Positions 46,190 through 63,215 of a stretch of DNA of 64,000 nucleotides are shown piece by piece. The notes beneath the pieces are model-generated. The model did not search any database. It was not told the DNA's origin and saw only the letters and a list, made by a program, of their open reading frames with translations. How positions within the stretch are numbered: position 1 is the stretch's first letter; the number at the start of each line of letters is the position of its first letter. The position numbers were made by a program, and so were the translations under genes. Origin of the DNA: the human T2T-CHM13v2.0 reference genome, Homo sapiens; the NCBI RefSeq assembly GCF_009914755.1, contig NC_060946.1; one strand, 5' to 3'.

Positions 46190-46410
46190 ACTAATAATAT
46201 CTGCTGTTGATAGAGTGCTTCGTGTGTGCCAAGTGCTGTTCTAAACATATTCACATACATTAAACTCATTTAGTGCTTATGCCAACCGTATGGGCAAAAT
46301 ATGATTTTTATCCTCACTTCACAGATGAGGAACTGAGACAGTCACAGAGAGGTTAGGAGACTTGCCCACGGTCATGCAGCTCGTAAGTGCTGGTGCCAGG
46401 ATTCAAGTAT
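46190..46410 (-). mobile_element. MIR
   Basis: GTGCCAAGTGCTGTTCTAAAC...ACAGATGAGGAACTGAGAC...ACTTGCCCACGGTCA (MIR core, reverse). Confidence 0.7.
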
Positions 46411-46766
46411 GGCTGAGTGCTTGTCTTCAACCCTCCTAGATCACCCCCTGTGGTGAAGTTCTATTACCGTTCATTACGTGCACAGTTCTCAAAATAATCC
46501 TATGTGGTAGGTACTATTGCCATAATATCCTAATCTCCATTTTATAAGTGAGGAAGCTGGTGCTCAGCAGGGGTTCAGTCCTTTGCCCAAAGTCATATGG
46601 CAAGTAAGTGGCAGGGCCAGGATTTGAGCCCTGGTGAACCACAACCTGTATGTTTCCAGAATGGGCATCCAGAGGCTGGGGTCTCTAGTTCTAGTCTTGC
46701 CATTAAGTCATACGGTGACCTGGAGCGGGGGGTCTCTGGAACTTGGATTAAAAAGCCCTCACATAG

Positions 46767-47163
<397 letters not shown>

Positions 47164-47256
47164 GTACGTAGGCCCTCGTTCCTGTAGGTTTCCTTATTTT
47201 TTGTTGCAAGGGACCGAGAAAAGGATCAAAGTCATCCTTTTAGTCATTAGAAATCA

Positions 47257-48100
<844 letters not shown>

Positions 48101-49017
48101 TCAAACAGCTCTGCCTGTCCAGAAACTGCACTTTGTAGTCTGGAAACTTAAGTCTGATGTGGCCAGCATGGTACCCCTGTAAGGCAAATAGCCAGAGTTG
48201 AGGCTGGGCCTGGTCTGGAAGGACGTTGACTCCAAGTTGAGATTGTAATGTATATCTTCTTATGTGGGGACCATCACAGCTCTGTAAACAGAGGAATGAC
48301 ATAGCCACATTTGTATCGTAGAGGGAGCATACCAGTGGCAGTGTGAAGAATAAATTGATGAGAGATACTAGAGGCAGTGGATGTAGCCAGATCAGATTGA
48401 GGGACCGAGGGGTGGGGGTGGCCACATATAAACACAGTGTGTACAGCAGTGGGACTTGGTGATCAGTTGGCTGAGGCAGGAGGAGGAGAGAGAAAGATGA
48501 AGAGTAACTGGGTGTAAGGCCTGCCAGCTGGGTGGAGGGTGCTGCTTTTAACTGGGGGAGGGAAAGTAGGAAGAGAGCCTTATGTAATGACTTTTGGTTC
48601 TTCTCAGCCACTTAGGATTGGCATATCTGCCTTTGGCAGTACAGGGCCAGGGGTGGGGTGATGCCCATGGGAGCCTGTCTGCACAGGGAGGGTTGGCTAG
48701 CGGATCTAGGAGGGAATTAGGGCGTTCCTTGAAATCTTTGTGTTCCTAATATATTTTGGCTGTGAGTTGGGCTACACGCTGCTATCACTACCCCCTCAAA
48801 AAAACCAAGAAACAAAACGCCGTAGAGTTAATACTTCATTCCCACAACATATACTCCCTATGCATCAAACACTGCACACCCTGGGGATGCAGCAGTGAAT
48901 GAGCCCAAATGTCCCCCAGAAGCATATGGTCTGGGGGTTAATGGAGTGGAGATGGGAACAAGGTGTGGAGCAAGTACCTAGGACCCCTGTAGATTAGTTC
49001 TCCGCACCGCGTGATCT

Positions 49018-49205
49018 CAGGGTTCAAATCTTGGTCACATACTTTACTGACACAGTGACCTTGGGTCAGTTACAGAAACTACTCAGTTTCTTCATCCTGT
49101 AAATTTGGGATAATATTACTGATCTCATGGGATTGTTGTTGTGAGGATCGAGGGAATTAATAATAAGTGTAAAATTGCCAGCACATAATACACACTCAAT
49201 ATCTG
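49018..49205 (+). mobile_element. MIR
   Basis: GGGTTCAAATC...GTGACCTTGGG...CTCAGTTTCTTCATC...GTTGTGAGGAT. Confidence 0.7.
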
Positions 49206-49477
49206 CTACCTAGTCTCGTACATACTCAAGCAAGATAGGTTTATAAAAAGGCCTATGGCTTTTTCAATTAAAATAAGTTGGAACTTTCACACTTCTGTGC
49301 TGTCATCCTAGGAAGCCGCAAGGCCTCCATTATTCATCATCCTTAACTATATTAGGGTGATGAGCATTTCTGTTCCCATTTTTGTATCTAGCGAGACAGG
49401 TTAAATAACTTGCCTGAAATATTGGCAGAGCTGAAATTCTCCATCCCTAGTTCTGCCCACCAGGTCTGTGTTCCTTC

Positions 49478-49615
49478 TTTGTTTTTTATTTTAACCATCT
49501 TAACCATTTTAAAGTGTACAGTTCAGTAGTAGTAAGTATATTCACATTGTTGGGTAACAGAGCCCCAGAACCCTTTTCATCTGGCACATCTGAAACTCTG
49601 TACCCATTAAGCAAT
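49478..49615 (-). mobile_element. L1MB-like 3' end fragment
   Basis: ACCATCTTAACCATTTTAAAGTGTACAGTTCAGT...ATTCACATTGTTG...GAAACTCTGTACCCATTAA. Confidence 0.7.
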
Positions 49616-49881
49616 GGGGTTCCTTCATGACAGTCCCGATTGGAGGTGGAGTTCTTACCTGCTAGTAGGCTGTAAGCTTATGCAGCAGAACCTGAGTGGA
49701 GAGCGTGTCATGGAGAAGCAGTTTAAACTGGAACAAGTTGAATTAACTTTTCAAGTAAGGTCCGTGTCTGTCTGTTGAGCTTGTGGATGCCGTCTTCTGT
49801 TCCAGGTCACCAGGTCTGTGATGTCAGTCCGTCCTTGGATGGTGGGCGGGGGGTGCCTATTGCACTACAGTAGGAAAAGCC

Positions 49882-50173
<292 letters not shown>

Positions 50174-50217
50174 GAAAAGGCTTAACAAGCTGGCCCAACT
50201 TAATAGTTTTGATCTCA

Positions 50218-50537
<320 letters not shown>

Positions 50538-51627
50538 TCACTGCGAATTTTCAAGGCCGTTTTAGAGCAGTCTCAAAAGGTGCACTGTCACTCAGAGGAC
50601 AGTCTGGGTTGCTGACTGACTTCTGGAAGCTGACCTTTGTCCTGTGGATGGAAATCTTAAAAGACTAGAGGAGAACTCATTTGTGGAGCACTTTTACAGT
50701 TTATAGACCATCCACTGCAATACAGTTTATACCGTTCACATACAGGATTGCAGTGAATGGTTTTTCCTCACTACAACCCTGTGATTTGGTCCCACGCGGG
50801 GACCATTATCCCCTTTTCGTAGCTGAGGTGTTAAGTAACTCATTTGAGGTCACCCAGCTAATAAGTCAGGGCTCAAGGCAAGTTCTGTATCTCAGGATTT
50901 CTGACTCTAAAACCCACGCTCTGTTCTGTCATCTGTAGCACCACCTTGCTCTCACCAGTCATCAGAAGGGCACCAAGGACTAAAATGGTCCAGGGAGGCT
51001 GCTTCTGCCCTGAGTGAGGAGGTGCCCTTCTGGCCCTGCTGCATCACACTCAAGGATCATTTAGAGGGCACATGTGTCCAGTGGCTCTCCCTATTGTAAA
51101 TATTTCAGTAAAGAGTTAAAACAAGAGACATTGTTATGTGTGGGGAAATGTATAGTGTTCTGCTTTTCTCCTGATTGGGTTATCTTGCCTCTGCTAAGTT
51201 TGGTTTGTCCCGTCTCTATCTCAGTGGCCACTGGAGGGAGGGTGTCTGCTGTTCTTCCCTGATTCCACCTGTAAATACAAACGTTATCTCTTCTCCCTGG
51301 CTTTGCTCTGTGCATTTGAGGTGGGAATGTACTCGGTTTGGCGAAATAGTCTTTCATGTCCCTAAACCTGAAGCCTCTATTGACTGTAAATGGTAGAGAA
51401 AAGGAAAGTACCCCCAAGGTGTGAACTCTAGTTAGGGAAAAAAATATTTTTGGGCTTGACAGTGACTCTTAGTTAACTCAATTACTGGAATAATAGAGTC
51501 AGAAATATTTCTTTGTTTTTCAGGGAGGTAGAGGCAGGAGCGTAAGATGTGGAAGCTAGAAATATCCACTTGTAACACGGTATTAGAAGGAATGTTATTT
51601 TACATGGAAGATAATCCTCAGTGATCC

Positions 51628-51882
51628 TTTTTTTTTTTTCTTCAAGACGGAGTCTTGCTCTGTCACCCAGGCTGGAGTGCAATGGTGATTCTCCTGCCTT
51701 GGCCTCCCGAGTAGCTGGGATTACAGGCATGCACCATCATGCCTGGCTAATTTTTTGTATTTTTAGTAGAGATGGGGTTTCACTATGTTGGCCAGGCTGG
51801 TCTTGAACTTCCGACCTCGTGATCCACCCACCTTGGCCTCCCAAAGTGCTGGGATTACAGGTGTGAGCCACCGCGCCCGGCT
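51628..51882 (-). mobile_element. Alu with an internal deletion
   Basis: Reverse-complement Alu lacking part of the right arm. Confidence 0.85.
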
Positions 51883-52588
51883 GATCCTGTCTCTTGATGT
51901 CCTCCCATTCTGGGACGCTAAATGGTATCCGACTTTGTTTTCCCTTATGTCATTCCTGGTGTGAAGGACACGGGATATTATAGAGGAGAGTGGCAGCATG
52001 CTGAGTGGTATTCCGATCTGAATCACACTGTCATCCTTTATCCGGCTCAGGCCCAGGGTTCTAACTCCACAGGAATGGGCTTATCTGGGGACTGCTGCTG
52101 CTGCAGTCAGGAAGACTCCACTGTAGTCGGGAGCAGCACTGGCCTGAGCACTGCACTGGAGGCCAGCCTCTTCGCTGTGGTGCCCAAGTACTTCTTTCAG
52201 GTGAACACATTTTTAGTTCCTCTTCCAGGTGTAATCGAGCAGATGGGTGTTTTGTTTTCCAGTTAGCAGTCGAGTCTGCAGTGTCCTTTGTGTTTTTTAT
52301 CTCCCGGTATACCAGTCTCACCTAAGCTTTTATAGTCCCCGCTGCGCACTTCTCTCAAGAAACAAAGCATTTGTCAAGTAGGAGGGTCCATGGAGGGACC
52401 TTTCTCACATATGGACGTGTAGTTTCAGTTCCGTGTGCAGGATGTTTGGTACATGTTGTTTTGTGTTTTGTTTGCAGAAAGTAGATAGAATAAGGGCCGA
52501 TTTGATTTGGGTAAGGGTGAGCATGGTACAGTAGAAAAAGCGTCATACAAGGAGTGGGGAGTCCTGAGTTCTGGAGATGACTGTGTCG

Positions 52589-53198
<610 letters not shown>

Positions 53199-53340
53199 CC
53201 ATTTCTTTTCTCTGAGACCTGACACATCACCTCCCTATGTTGAGAACCTCTGTGTGAGGTGATGTGATGGCATTAGATGAGCTCCAAGGTCCCGCTCAGA
53301 TCTAACCTTCCACAAAGTAGTGGCCAAAGGACGAAGAAAT

Positions 53341-53600
53341 GACCTGCATTATAACCCCTGTGATGGGGTAGAGAGACCTGCTTTATAACCTCTGTGAAGG
53401 GGTAGAGAGACCTGCATTATAACCCCTGTGAAGGGGTAGAGACCTGCATTATAACCCCTGTGAAGGGGTAGAGACCTGCTTTATAACCCCTGTGAAGGGG
53501 TAGAGACCTGCATTATAACCCCTGTGAAGGGGTAGAGACCTGCATTATAACATTGTGAAGGGGTAGAGACCTGCATTTTAACATTGTAAAGGGGCAGAGA
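53341..53600. repeat. Minisatellite, 8 copies of a 31-34 bp unit GACCTGCATTATAACCCCTGTGAAGGGGTAGA
   Basis: Copies start at 53341, 53375, 53409, 53441, 53473, 53505, 53537 and 53568. Confidence 0.95.
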
Positions 53601-53923
53601 GAGGGCTGTTTTGCATGGTGGGGTACTTCATTGTAATACAAAAAAGGACTGACACTGAGCTTAATGCTTTCTTAATCTCACTAGCTTGGGGAAAGTTTTC
53701 CTACAATACCCAAGATCAGCCCCTCCTCCTTGCATCCTGATCTATCATGGGACATTGTAGCTCCCTCCAGACCCTAAAGCATGCAGTGCTGGAGGCAAGA
53801 AGATTTGGGTTGCTGGAACTCACAGAGTACCCTGTACTTGTTGGGGTTTGGCTTGTTAGGGGAGGGAGGTTCTTGGGGTCCCAGTACTTATGGCCGTGTT
53901 CTGTCTTCATTCTCAGATGAGCA

Positions 53924-54067
53924 ATGGCAGGCGCTGGTGAGCGCAAAGGCAAGAAGGATGACAATGGCATTGGCACGGCCATTGACTTTGTGCTCTCCAA
54001 TGCCCGGCTGGTGCTGGGGGTGGGTGGAGCGGCCATGCTGGGCATCGCCACGCTGGCAGTTAAGCGG
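53924..54067 (+). CDS. MIEF1: MiD51 coding exon 1 (gene exon 3, starts 53917): aa 1-48, including the outer-membrane TM anchor
   Basis: MAGAGERKGKKDDNGIGTAIDFVLSNARLVLGVGGAAMLGIATLAVKR; acceptor ttctcag| ends at 53916; donor CGG|GTAAGT, phase 0. Confidence 0.96.
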
Positions 54068-54477
54068 GTAAGTGCATGCAGCCAGGGCTGGGGGTGGAAT
54101 GTAGTGGTATGGTCATAAGATGTAATGTTTTATAGAAAGAAAATGTCGAAGCGTTCTAGGAGGAAATGATCGCAATGATAAGTGAAAAAAACAGGTTTCA
54201 AAAGTATGTATAGAGTGATCGTCATTACATGCATCTAGAAAGAAACATACCAGATATTACAAACAGTTTTCTCTGGGTCATGACATGGATTATCTATGTC
54301 TTATATCATGTAGTCTTCCCTGAGATTTTCTGCGTGGAGCAAAGTATTCTATAATCTAAAATAAAAACAAAATTACTAAAAGAACTTACTAGGACAGAGC
54401 TTCTGGGGAGGAAGTAAATTGGAAGGAAATAGGGAAAGAGGGCAGGTTTATGTCCTGTGTCCTCTCTGCTATTTCAG

Positions 54478-54655
54478 ATGTACGATCGGGCGATCAGTGC
54501 CCCTACCAGCCCCACCCGCCTGAGCCATTCGGGGAAAAGGAGCTGGGAAGAACCCAACTGGATGGGCTCCCCACGACTGCTGAACAGGGACATGAAGACG
54601 GGCCTGAGCCGGTCCTTGCAGACCCTTCCCACAGACTCCTCCACCTTCGACACAG
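54478..54655 (+). CDS. MIEF1: MiD51 coding exon 2 (178 nt, disordered Ser/Thr-rich linker)
   Basis: Acceptor atttcag|ATGTACGAT; reads MYDRAISAPTSPTRLS...DSSTFDT; donor CAG|GTGAGA, phase 1. Confidence 0.95.
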
Positions 54656-54814
54656 GTGAGAAGGGCTGCTGCCCCTCCTGGGACCTCTCTGGACTTTCAG
54701 TACCACTCCTGCACTCAGCAGATGTTTCCTGAGCACATCTGTGCCAGGCACTGTGCCAGCACTTGCCCTCCATGCCAGGCCCTTCTTTCTGGGGCTGAGG
54801 CAGCTGTGGACTGA

Positions 54815-55593
<779 letters not shown>

Positions 55594-55633
55594 TAATCGT
55601 TTCTCATGTTTTAGTCCTACTTACAACTTCTAG

Positions 55634-56032
<399 letters not shown>

Positions 56033-56142
56033 TAGAGTTCCCATTCTTGCTGGGGGGGAATGTAAGATGGTGGGAACCGTCTTAGAGGAAGCATGTCTTT
56101 TGAACAGAGTAAACCCTCAAAACCCTTTAAATTCTGCCCTGA

Positions 56143-56952
<810 letters not shown>

Positions 56953-59034
56953 GGCAGGTGAAGGCCAAAGCGGGTGTTGGTGGTCAGGCCCTGGATTCTC
57001 CGTTAGATACACTTGGCTACCTAGTTGGTGCCTCACAGGGTTCCTGCTGCCTGGTGTCTTGCTGATCATCACCCTGGTCACTTCATGCTGATTAGAATGA
57101 CATCTCTTTCGTCTCCTATTTTGTTACCCAACTCTTCCTATTTTTGTTACCAATCACTGTGCTCTCTGCCGCCCCCTGGCTCCAGGCTAATTTTTCTGGA
57201 ATGAATTGAGAAGGTGGCGTGCTGGCCTGAGCTGATGGACCACTTGGTGTTTTGCGTTTTGGCCCATGTTTGCTGCCTCTATCTGGTCTGCCTTGCCCGT
57301 TTGCCTGTTCCTATTCAGTGTCTTTTCTATTTTTTCCTCTCTCGTTCATGCCTTCTGTTTTGCTCTTGTCCCTGGAGCATATCTGCCTAATTAAGATGTT
57401 GCCTTTTAGTTGAATGCCACTGAAGAGCTGTGATAGCATGTTTCAAAGCTGAACTCTACAGAGCGAGTGCTGAGACAGTATTTAGGGTTTCTGGGAGTGA
57501 GGCTGGTAGAAGAGTTGGCCTTTGACCACGGTTCCTGGAGTAGAAGTCCATCCTCCCCCCAACCTCCTGACCCATTCATAAATGCTGAGAATGTCTCTCA
57601 TGGGAACACTGTTAATGACCCACACAGGATAAGCTGAATGCAAAGTTATTTGCAGGTTGAATTTCTTGGTGGCTATTAGCAGAAGTGCAGAGTAGGGAAC
57701 CAGAGCTGGTTAAGGGCCTAGTGAAGGGTTTGTGTGCCCAGTGTCTGCTCGTCATCTGTGGCTGCAGGGGTCAGACAGACAAGGATGGGGACTGCCAGGG
57801 CACCACTTCATCATGAATGCTGGTTTTCACACCTTTTCCTTATTTTATTGCCAATCAGGACAAGGCCTTGAAGGAACGCAGCCTTAGACATCAGGTGAGG
57901 ATGATGGAGGTAGACAGTCGACTGAATGTCAGCTGGAAAATCCAGTCACTAGTTGGGGTTTGGTGGCCATGTTTTCTACCCAGACAGGCCCTGCTTTTCT
58001 AGGATGTGGCCTTAGAGCAAGAACAGACCCAACAGCCAGCCCTTCATCCTCCAGCGTCTGCCATAGGAATGTGAGAGGGGTGTTTGCTGAGCGCTCCGGG
58101 CACGGCCAGAGGGCAAGTGAGCATGCACGGACCTCTTCCCCCTGTCCTGTTTCTCACCCAGCACCTGGGGAGATCGGTGCTACCAAGGAAGAGAGCACAC
58201 AGATAAGACAGAGGGGAGGAGGTGGGCATTTCCTACATTCCTCCTTGTTTGCCGCTGCTGAGATTGCAGTATTTATTGCAATGTAAATGTATCCTGAAGG
58301 TGGGGAGGAATGTTTAATCTACCATGTCCGTGTGTCATCTTGGTTTGTGTTTTTCCCTGTTTGTAGCAAGACTCTGATGATAATTCTGTTTCTCATCTGC
58401 CCATTCAGTATTTTGTTTTCCTTCCGTCAAGTTGTCTTATTTTTTCAATGACTACCTCTCCATCATTGAGGTTCTGGTGAAGCTCTCTGCAGCTGTCTCA
58501 TTCCTTCCCAACGATAGTAACAGGAAATGACTCTTTAGCATCGATACCTCAACATCAATTTAGGGTAGAGATTCCTGCCCCTCTTTTGTCACAGATTAGG
58601 AAATTGAGAACTAGGGTTAACCTTGACTATATTTAGAGGTCTTTTTGCCTCTTTTCCCCTTAACAAGGATTTCTTATGGTGGTTTCAGTTTCATTTGCAT
58701 AAAGGTATTGAGAGGGAACAAAAAACATAAAGCTGAGAATCTTGAGAGAGCTCATCTACCCTGTCTGTTGGTCAGACTCAAATGAGAGTTAAAAAAAAAA
58801 AAAAAAAATCTGTATGCCTGAGTACCATCCTGGATGAATCTAGAAGGTATGGGGTAGAGCTTGACAGGGTTCCTGTGTACCCACTGGGTATCCGTTAGAG
58901 GTAAGGGAGAGGAGAGGATTGATAGAGTGTTGCAAAAGTATAGATTATTCATTGAGATAAAGGATTTGGTTTCCCTGCCATGAGTATTAAAAAAATTTAA
59001 GTTTTCCCAAGCTTGCATCTCTGACCAAATTTCA

Positions 59035-59346
<312 letters not shown>

Positions 59347-60740
59347 TGGAAGAAGAGCTTAAAAAAGATAAGATTTTAAAGAGTCCCAAGTTATTTAAGT
59401 TGAGTGTAATTGTCATTTAAGGAAGGCAAATGAGTTTATCATCCTTCTTAAAGAGCATCTCTTTTAACTGTTGGACAAAACCATAACTTTGTCATTTTAC
59501 AAGGAAGAACCTCTTAAGAAGTCCTCAGAACCAGAAGCAATGTGAACTCTCAGCGCTGGTCCTGGTGGGTTTGCTGACCATGACTGGGCAAGCCGTTCTT
59601 TTTGCTGCCATCTTCCTCATCATAAAGTGTGGAACATAGGCAATTGCTTTGAGATTCTTGGATAGAAGAGGACAACATTCTGCACCTGCCCCCTTTTTTA
59701 AATCTTTGGGGAAAGATGAGTAACTTTCCCCACTACTCTGCCTTCCTGTTCAGTAACTCTTACTTTTGCCTGAAGTAACAGCATCTTCTACTTCTCCATC
59801 TAGAGATTTTTGTGTGTGTGCCATCAAGGTTAGCAAACTTTATACGTAGCCTAACACTTAAAAAATGCACTCATTATCTTAAACCTAATAAATTCCAGAG
59901 TTTATTGTGGTTCTCCTCTGTTGCCCTTCCTAAAAAATGAGCTGAAGATGACAGTATTTTTCTTTACATGCTTGGTTATGACTTTTAAAGTTTTATTTAA
60001 ATAAATGTTGAAGCTCAAGTTTAAAGAAGCGTTGCAGAGGCCCATGGTCTCCTGGGTCCCGGCCACCTGTCCATATTCCACATTTGCTGACTGTGCTCCC
60101 TGCACTCCACTCAAGTTGAGAGTTCAAATAGTCTTGAAGGGGAATCAGCTTCAGGATGGAAGGACCCAGGAGAGGCCCCGAAGTGGGAGGGTTCTGTAAA
60201 TACAGACTACTGCGAGTGTCCAGAGCTCTCTGCCATGATACTTCCTTGGGACTGACTTGGCTGAGAACGTGTTCTGTCAGAGGATTTGTTAGAACTCTGC
60301 CCTTTTGTCTGAAACTCAAGGCCAAGGAGAATGATAGGAGACTTAGGACAGAGCTGACCCTTGCACCAGGCTGGGAGGCTGCAGCCCTTTTAGATGCCAC
60401 TTACTGTAAGTGGCCAGAATACCAGAGAGGTGGGTTCCATGGTCAAATGCACAGTAGGTGTTTACCTTTACATTTGGATCACCTTGTAGTCTTTAAATTC
60501 TTGGTCCCTGAGGCCAAGTCCACAACTTGCCTTCTAGTCACTTGCCTGCCCGCAGTGGTGGTGGATGTGTTAGCTGGTAGATTTGGAATCAGTCACCAGT
60601 CTTTCTGTACTGTCTTGGTTAGCTCTATATAAGTAGGGGCAGCTTAGCCCTGAGGCCCAGAGACCTGCTGTCCTTTTTCTCCTTGAGGGAGGAAATAAAA
60701 CTGCGGAATACAATGTCCTTCCATAGCATGGGAAGAAGAA

Positions 60741-60746
60741 AATAAA
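60741..60746 (+). terminator. MIEF1 distal polyadenylation signal
   Basis: AATAAA followed by CA and TGTGACTTGTGTGTGTCGT. Confidence 0.7.
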
Positions 60747-61103
60747 CATCTCCTTTCCAACAGCTGTGACTTGTGTGTGTCGTATAGAACATTTTCCTGT
60801 GGGAGTGGTACTGGGTCTCCATTTTCAGCTAGGGGAACCTTTGAAGTGTTTGAGCTAGGTCTCTATAAAAGAATGGATGGGACAGGCTGCCATGGGAGTC
60901 ATTCTTTTATGACCTTTTCAGTGTCAAAATTGGGGCAGTGTTACTTTAATACTCAACCATTTGCACAGTCATCTGTCAGGAGGTACTGTCTATAGCAAAA
61001 GGAGAACACGTCCTGTGGGTCCCTAGTTCTGCCTTTGGAAGACATGGCTAATGGCTCAGGTATTCTTACTGCCTTTGCATGGAAAGGCTAGAAAACTCCT
61101 GTA

Positions 61104-61262
61104 TTTTTTTTTTTTTTAAAGACAGGGTCTTGCTCTGTTGCCCAGGCTGAGTTGCAGTGTTGTGATCACAGCTCACTGCAGCTTGGAATTCCTGGGCTCA
61201 AGCAATCCTCCCACCTCGGCTTGAGTAGGTGGGGCTACAGGCTGGAGCCACTGCTCCTGGCG
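61104..61262 (-). mobile_element. Alu monomer (J/FRAM-like)
   Basis: T tail followed by a single reverse-complement Alu arm. Confidence 0.75.
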
Positions 61263-61484
61263 CCAACTTCTGTATATCTCAACACTCACGATTCCCCAAG
61301 GAGAAAGAAAAAACATACTTTTATTCCAGCATCCAGTATGCCTTGTGTATACCAGTTTTAAAGTTGTTGGTTTCATCTCATTAAATAATAATGAAGAGTC
61401 CTCTGAGGCAGCAGGAGGATGTGATGGAGAGTGGCAGAAGTCAGGGTCAGGAGACCTGAGTTCTATGAACAGTGGCAGCAACAG

Positions 61485-61650
61485 CAACCATTATTGGGCG
61501 CTTACATGTACCAGGCAGGCACTGTGCTAAGTGCTTTACATGTATGATCTCACTTCATGAGGCAAGGATACTCATCAGTAGTCTCATTTTACAAATGAGG
61601 AAACTGAGGCTCAGAGAGTATAAGTCATTTAGCCAAAATGTCCCAGCCAG
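61485..61650 (-). mobile_element. MIR
   Basis: CCAGGCAGGCACTGTGCTAAGTGCTTTACATG...CATTTTACAAATGAGGAAACTGAGGCTCAGAGAG. Confidence 0.75.
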
Positions 61651-63104
61651 GATTCTTTTGGATGCGCTCCCCAAAATCTGTCTTCTAACTCCTACCCCAT
61701 ACTCCCTCCACTGGGAGCCTTGTGACTTTGAGCAAGAAGCTTCATCCCATTGGGCCTCGGTTTACCATTGGAAAGGATTTGTGGGCGAGGTTGAATGAGC
61801 GCAGCAGATGGCCTGTGGTTATTTAGAGCAGTGCTTCCCTGGTTGTTTGATATCACAGCGCTCATACTTGTGTGGCCCAGTGAAATGGAGGCGGAAACTC
61901 AAAGTTTCCACCTTCACAGGGCCTGACTGGAAGGGGCTGAAGGATGATGGGGAGGTTTCTTGTATTCTTAAAACAGACTACCCCTTCCCAACGCACAACC
62001 CCCAGTAAGTGGCCGTGGGTTCCCAAGCGCCTCTCCTCCCTGGGCCATGGGCGTGACTGCTGAAAAGCGGGTTAGGCCGGGGAGTTCAGAATCCGGAGTG
62101 AATCCGAACTACCCCAGGGAGACGGCAGCGAAGAAAATCTTGTTCTTAGGAGAACGCAATCTTCGGACACCAGAAGTTCCTCTATGATGCTATTCTGTGG
62201 CAGCCTTGCACTTGAGCCGGATGAAAATTGTAAAAACCCAGGTTGGGCGACAGGACGGCGCGTCTTCCCGGCTCCTTTCCAGAGTTTAGGAGGAGCCATG
62301 CAGACTCAGCCGGCCTTTGGGGGTAGGTGGACAGGCCCGGCGCGCCCTCTCGAGGCCCCTTCAACCTCCCGGGGGCAGCAGCGCCGTGTCGGCTATGAAT
62401 GGGGCCTCTGGAAAACTCAGGCTTGGAACAGGTAACCCCCCGGTTTCCGCAGGCCACAAATCACCACCCGCAACCGAAGGACGCGCAGGCTGGGAGCGGC
62501 GGCGGGGCCACCAGTGCGGACCTCCACTGAGGGCGGCGGGATCCGACCGCAAGGGCTGGTCCCTGAGGCCACTAAGGGGTGCGCTGGGCTAAGGCCGCCT
62601 GGGGGCAGGAGCCAGCGCGATCGTGGCGGGCCAGCAGGCGGGGCTGGCTGAGGACTAGCAGCGACCCGAGACCCCAACCCTTCCCACGCGGACCCCGGGA
62701 TCCCTCTCCCAGCAGCCGCCCATCTAGGGCCCTGAGCCAATAAGAGCTCGAGATATATATGATTCACCGGGCCTGGGCCAATCACCTTGACGCGCGCTCT
62801 TCGCCAGCACCTCGCGCGATAACCTGGCGTCCTCGGCCTTCACAATAAAAACTCTTCGCCGGAAAACGACCTTTCCCCGCCCACTGCGCTGACACCGGAA
62901 GCGAGGCGTGTCTGGGAGATCACTCCGCGCTCCGGCGGCGAAGGAAAGAACGGACTCTGATCATAGAAGCCTAGTAAAGTAGTACACCTCTCTCCTTTCG
63001 TGAGGCCATAAGAACAAACTCCTTTTCTCGTCACAGCTACGCCCTGGGCATAAACGGTTGGGGCGTCAAAGGGAGGGAGGGAAGGGAGCGGGCGGGAGGA
63101 GACG

Positions 63105-63112
63105 GTCACGTG
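63105..63112 (+). promoter_or_regulatory. E-box/CLEAR-type element GTCACGTG (USF/MYC/TFEB-TFE3 class)
   Basis: Exact GTCACGTG ~50 nt upstream of the TATA box. Confidence 0.65.
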
Positions 63113-63161
63113 GTCGCGGCGGAAGGATGCGTCTGTGCTGCGTCCCCATAGAGACGAAGTC

Positions 63162-63197
63162 TATAAAGGGCCGGCGGGCGGCCACGGCAGCCATTTC
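63162..63197 (+). promoter_or_regulatory. ATF4 core promoter: TATA box and Inr
   Basis: TATAAA at 63162-63167; Inr-like CCATTTC with its A at 63193, 31 nt downstream. Confidence 0.85.
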
Positions 63198-63215
63198 TAC
63201 TTTGCCCGCCCACAG

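Noticed and set aside
53341-53600. CRISPR array interpretation of the palindromic ~32-bp repeats
   Set aside because: Units are head-to-tail with no unique spacers, there are no cas genes, and the context is a human intron.
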